DNA of 64,000 nucleotides from Flavobacteriales bacterium (GTDB lineage Bacteria; Bacteroidota; Bacteroidia; NS11-12g; UBA955): NCBI GenBank assembly GCA_947496375.1, contig CANMCY010000002.1, positions 53,082 to 117,081 of the forward strand, read 5' to 3'. Shown piece by piece: positions 60,429 to 64,000 of this stretch (position 1 is its first letter; each line of letters starts with the position of its first letter). The notes under the pieces were generated by a model. It saw only the letters and a program-made list of their open reading frames with translations, ran no database searches and was not told where the DNA came from. The position numbers and the translations under genes were made by a program.

Positions 60429-62876
60429 TCAGGAAAGGGCTTTTTTCAACATCCTTTCGATTCGGGCTTCCAGCGACTCGTTGCTCATTTGTTCACGCAA
60501 GCGGTCTACCATGATGGGAAAAGAAAAGGGGGTGGGTTTGGGCGAAAAGGTAACCCTGATTTTTTGACCCTGTATGCGGTGCAATGCAGCACGCAAACGA
60601 TGTTCTTCCAATTGATTGTAGAGCACTTCTTCTTCGGCCTGACGCAGCAATAAATTGTCGGAATCGTATTCTTTAAAAACATCAAAGAACAATCTGGCAT
60701 TGGCCTGCAGGTGTCTTCCTTTGACGGGTTTTTCTGCGGTACCCTTAAAAACCAACCCGCTGATGCGCGCGATATCACTGAATCTTCGGCGGCACATTTC
60801 GGTATAATTGGTGCTGCTATAGAGGTCTGCAATCAGGTTTTGGGTATTGAAAACATCTTCTTCCAGTGCGGCTTCCCAGGGTATCGGCTCCGGACATAGC
60901 AATTCAAAGCCATAATCATTCATGGCAATGCTGAAAGAGGCAGGTTTAATCTGCCCAAGCCGATACGCCAGTAACATGGCCATGCCTTCGTTTACCATCC
61001 TCCCCTCAAAGGGAAAAACAAAGAGATGAAACCCCTCCTGACTTTCAAAAAGTTCTATCAGCAGTTCATCATTGGCTGGAATGTGGCTCCGCTCCTGTTG
61101 TAATTCAAACAAGGGTTTCAGGGTTTTTACCTCCTCATCCACAGGGAGGTCATGGGTTTCTATTTTTTGACGCAGGGCAAAACTCAACTCGCTGGTAAGA
61201 CTCATACGTCCACCCTGCCAGCTGGGAAAGAGACCCTTGTTTTTGGTGCTTTTTCTCACCAATGCCATATTGCCTTCCAGTTTGATAAATTCCAGCATTC
61301 TGCCGGCAAACACAAATACATCGCCCTCTTTGAGCTTACTGATAAAATACTCTTCGATGGTACCCAGTCGGGAACCACCCAGCAATTTCACAAATACACT
61401 ATTATCTCCGGCAATGGTGCCGATAGACATGCGGTGCTGCATGGCAATGCGCCTGCTGACCACCTTGTAGCAGCCGTTTTCATCCACGACCACTTTGTGA
61501 AAATCATCGTACTGCTGCAGCCCGGAACCTCCTGTAGTGATAAAGGACAGCATCCACTGCCACTCATCCCGGGTAAGGGTTTCAAAAGCATGGGTTTGAA
61601 TCACCTCCTGATATAGGTTTTCGGGGAAAAACCCCTCAGAAACCGCCAGGGTGGTGAGGTACTGTATCAGCACATCCATGGCCCTGATGACCGGCACACG
61701 GGTTTCTACCCTGCCTTCTGCCACCGCGGTTTTGAGGGCAGCCGCCTCCAGGAGCTCCATGCTATGGGTAGGCACAAACCAGATATGGCTGGTCTCACCG
61801 GGCCTGTGGCCACTTCTTCCGGCACGCTGCACGAATCGGGCAACACCTTTGGGACTGCCAATCTGTATAACGGTATCTACAGGCCTAAAATCCACACCCA
61901 AATCCAAACTGCTGGTGCAAACCACGGCTTTCAACAACCCACTGTGCAGACTCTCTTCAACCCAATCACGAACCTCTCTGGTCAAACTTCCGTGGTGTAT
62001 GGCCATTCGGCCGGCCAACTCCGGCCGGGCTTCCAAAAGACGTTGATACCAGATTTCACTTTGGCTGCGGGTATTCGTAAAAATCAGGCAAGTGTTTGAG
62101 TTTTCAATAACGGGTATCACCTTTTCCAACATGGATATTCCCAGATGTCCTGCCCATGGCAGCGTTTCAATGGTATCCGGGAAAACTGTGTGTATGTTAG
62201 GTCTTTTTGTTATTGTGCTTTGTACAATAACAGTTTGAGCCGGTGGTGGTAACAAAACCCTGGCAGCTTCATCAAGATTGCCGATGGTAGCGCTGATACC
62301 CCATACTTTCAGTTTTGGTCGCAGGGCACGAAGGCGGCTCAACGCCAGCTCCACCTGAACACCGCGCTTGCTCCCCAACAATTCATGCCATTCATCCACC
62401 ACAACCGCGGCCAAGTTGCTAAAAACTTCGTTGTATCCTTTGGAAGCCAGCATCATGTGCAGACTCTCGGGTGTGGTCACCAGGCACTGGGGCATGTTTC
62501 TTTTTTGTCTTCCCCTTTCGGCAGGGTCGGTATCGCCGTTTCGCAGCCCCACATTCCATCCGATACTGAGCTCATCCGCTGCCGATTGAATGGCCATGCA
62601 GATGTCTGTACTCAAGGCCTTCAGCGGTGTAATCCACAGCAGGTATAATCCTTTTTTATGGCTGACACTAACCTTGTGTTCCAGCATGGCGGGTAGGGCC
62701 AGAGCATAGGTTTTACCGCTGCCTGTGGGTGCATTCAACAATCCGCTTTTTCCCGACCAAAAGGCATCGGCGCATTGCTGTTGAAACGGAAAACACTCCC
62801 AGTTCTTTTTTTTGAACCACCGTTGGTACAGCGAAAGTATGTCAGGTTCTGTGCTCAGGGTGAATGATTTTATCAA
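60429..62876 (-). CDS. Lhr-like / ligase-associated DNA damage response DEXH-box helicase
   Basis: Motif I NAPTGSGKT, DEWH (motif II), SAT-like ISAT and motif VI QRAGRSGH. About 815 aa with a long C-terminal domain characteristic of Lhr-core helicases. Confidence 0.75.
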   Translation of the reverse strand: MIKSFTLSTEPDILSLYQRWFKKKNWECFPFQQQCADAFWSGKSGLLNAPTGSGKTYALALPAMLEHKVSVSHKKGLYLLWITPLKALSTDICMAIQSAADELSIGWNVGLRNGDTDPAERGRQKRNMPQCLVTTPESLHMMLASKGYNEVFSNLAAVVVDEWHELLGSKRGVQVELALSRLRALRPKLKVWGISATIGNLDEAARVLLPPPAQTVIVQSTITKRPNIHTVFPDTIETLPWAGHLGISMLEKVIPVIENSNTCLIFTNTRSQSEIWYQRLLEARPELAGRMAIHHGSLTREVRDWVEESLHSGLLKAVVCTSSLDLGVDFRPVDTVIQIGSPKGVARFVQRAGRSGHRPGETSHIWFVPTHSMELLEAAALKTAVAEGRVETRVPVIRAMDVLIQYLTTLAVSEGFFPENLYQEVIQTHAFETLTRDEWQWMLSFITTGGSGLQQYDDFHKVVVDENGCYKVVSRRIAMQHRMSIGTIAGDNSVFVKLLGGSRLGTIEEYFISKLKEGDVFVFAGRMLEFIKLEGNMALVRKSTKNKGLFPSWQGGRMSLTSELSFALRQKIETHDLPVDEEVKTLKPLFELQQERSHIPANDELLIELFESQEGFHLFVFPFEGRMVNEGMAMLLAYRLGQIKPASFSIAMNDYGFELLCPEPIPWEAALEEDVFNTQNLIADLYSSTNYTEMCRRRFSDIARISGLVFKGTAEKPVKGRHLQANARLFFDVFKEYDSDNLLLRQAEEEVLYNQLEEHRLRAALHRIQGQKIRVTFSPKPTPFSFPIMVDRLREQMSNESLEARIERMLKKALS

Positions 62877-62948
62877 ACAACAACAGTCAGCCCCATCAGG
62901 TTTTATTTTTATACAATTATGCGTTAATTTGAATCAACAATTGTGTAT

Positions 62949-64000
62949 GAAAAAACTACTGCTACTAACATTGGTTGTCATGCTGGGATACGCTCAGTCA
63001 AAGGCACAAACAGGTAAATCTCAAGTGGTGCGTGTGAATGCTGTTGCAAATGCCAATGGAACCATCACCCTGAAATGGCCTGCTGAAACCTGGTCGGGAA
63101 CCTTTGAAATTGCCCGAAGGGCGCTGGGCACCGTTTCCTGGAATACAGCTGCAAGTGTGGCAGGATCAAGCAGTTCTTGGACTGACAATACCGTTAAGAA
63201 AGGGGAAGCGTTCGAATATCTCGTGGCTAAGGCCAGCGGTGGCAGCAACTCGGCATTGGGTTATATATGGGCAGGCAATACGCTCCCTGAAACACCCGGT
63301 CTTGGGGGGATCATTGTGCTGGTTGACAGCGCCTATCTAAAAGCACTATCCACTGAAATGGTGGCTTTGCAACAGCAACTCAAGGAAGAAGGATGGATTG
63401 TTTCTTCCATTTCTGCCGGTAGAGGCGAAAGTCCGCAAACCGTAAGAAACCGCATCATAGCAGAATACAATCGCCGCAAAGGCGCCGTGAAAACCCTGCT
63501 CATCATTGGGCATGTTCCTGTGCCATATAGCGGAAATTACCTGGCTGCAACGGGACAAGTTTACCCGCCTGACGGACACCCTGATCATGCCGGGGCTTGG
63601 CCTGCAGACGGATACTACGGGGATATGGATGGGGTTTGGACGGATGCTAGCGTCACTAATACCGTAGGCTCACAAACCCGCAACCACAACATTCCCGGAG
63701 ACGGAAAATTTGATCAGACGAAACTTCCCGGAACCGTTGAGCTTGAGGTGGGCCGTGTGGATCTGTTCAACATGCCGGCATTCAGCAACAATGACACCTT
63801 GCTGGTGCGTAAATACCTGCGCCGCAACATGCTGTGGCGTACCAATCGCCTCACCACGGTGGAAAGGGCACTGATTGACGACAATTTCGGAACCCTGAAC
63901 CTTTCCAGTACCGCATTTCAAAACTTCTCCTGCATGTTCCCTACAGACAGTATTTACGAAAACCGCGATTACATTTCAACGCAGAAAAACAGCCCTTACC
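62949..64000 (+). CDS. exported hypothetical protein, N-terminal part (runs off window end)
   Basis: ATG at 62949 and signal peptide MKKLLLLTLVVMLGYAQSKAQ. The open frame continues to position 64000 without a stop, so it is not in the supplied ORF table. Confidence 0.55.

Overview
This is a 64 kb chromosomal segment from a Bacteroidota genome of roughly 50% GC. The phylum call rests on several features seen directly in the sequence:
- at least six proteins carry type IX secretion (T9SS) C-terminal sorting domains, including one with SprB repeats;
- a DUF6089–DUF6089–uppS–bamA gene block is present;
- promoter -7 boxes of the form TAnnTTTG sit 5–17 nt upstream of several start codons.

Most genes are housekeeping: uvrB, a MetH core, a long PurF-like amidotransferase, dut, uppS, bamA, HU, a DEAD-box helicase, a beta-CASP MBL RNase, a fused 2-oxoacid dehydrogenase E1, an ALDH7-family dehydrogenase and an M1 peptidase. 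There are no rRNA or tRNA genes, no CRISPR array, and no transposase or integrase.

Two accessory features stand out.
- An AT-rich four-gene minus-strand operon (14124–17059) contains a 366-aa lipoprotein whose body aligns clearly to domains 1–3 of cholesterol-dependent cytolysins (thiol-activated cytolysin / MACPF-CDC fold). It lacks the membrane-binding domain 4. A second lipoprotein is translationally coupled to it through an ATGA stop/start overlap.
- A dispersed family of hairpin-rich intergenic repeats occurs at five or more loci, including tandem ~182-bp copies. Its modules keep their stems while the tetraloops vary (TTCG/TCCG/TACG; TATG/TACA/TATA).

Other points of interest:
- an ORF6N-domain gene flanked by a GC-hairpin cluster;
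- an AAA+ ATPase with a ~390-aa N-terminal domain of unknown affiliation;
- leaderless-type promoters, and a flippase gene that appears to use an ATA start codon;
- AT-rich, probably horizontally acquired, genes for a T9SS alpha/beta-hydrolase and a polysaccharide-deacetylase-like protein;
- an MbnP/MbnH-like pair;
- a MetH gene that lacks the homocysteine-binding domain.
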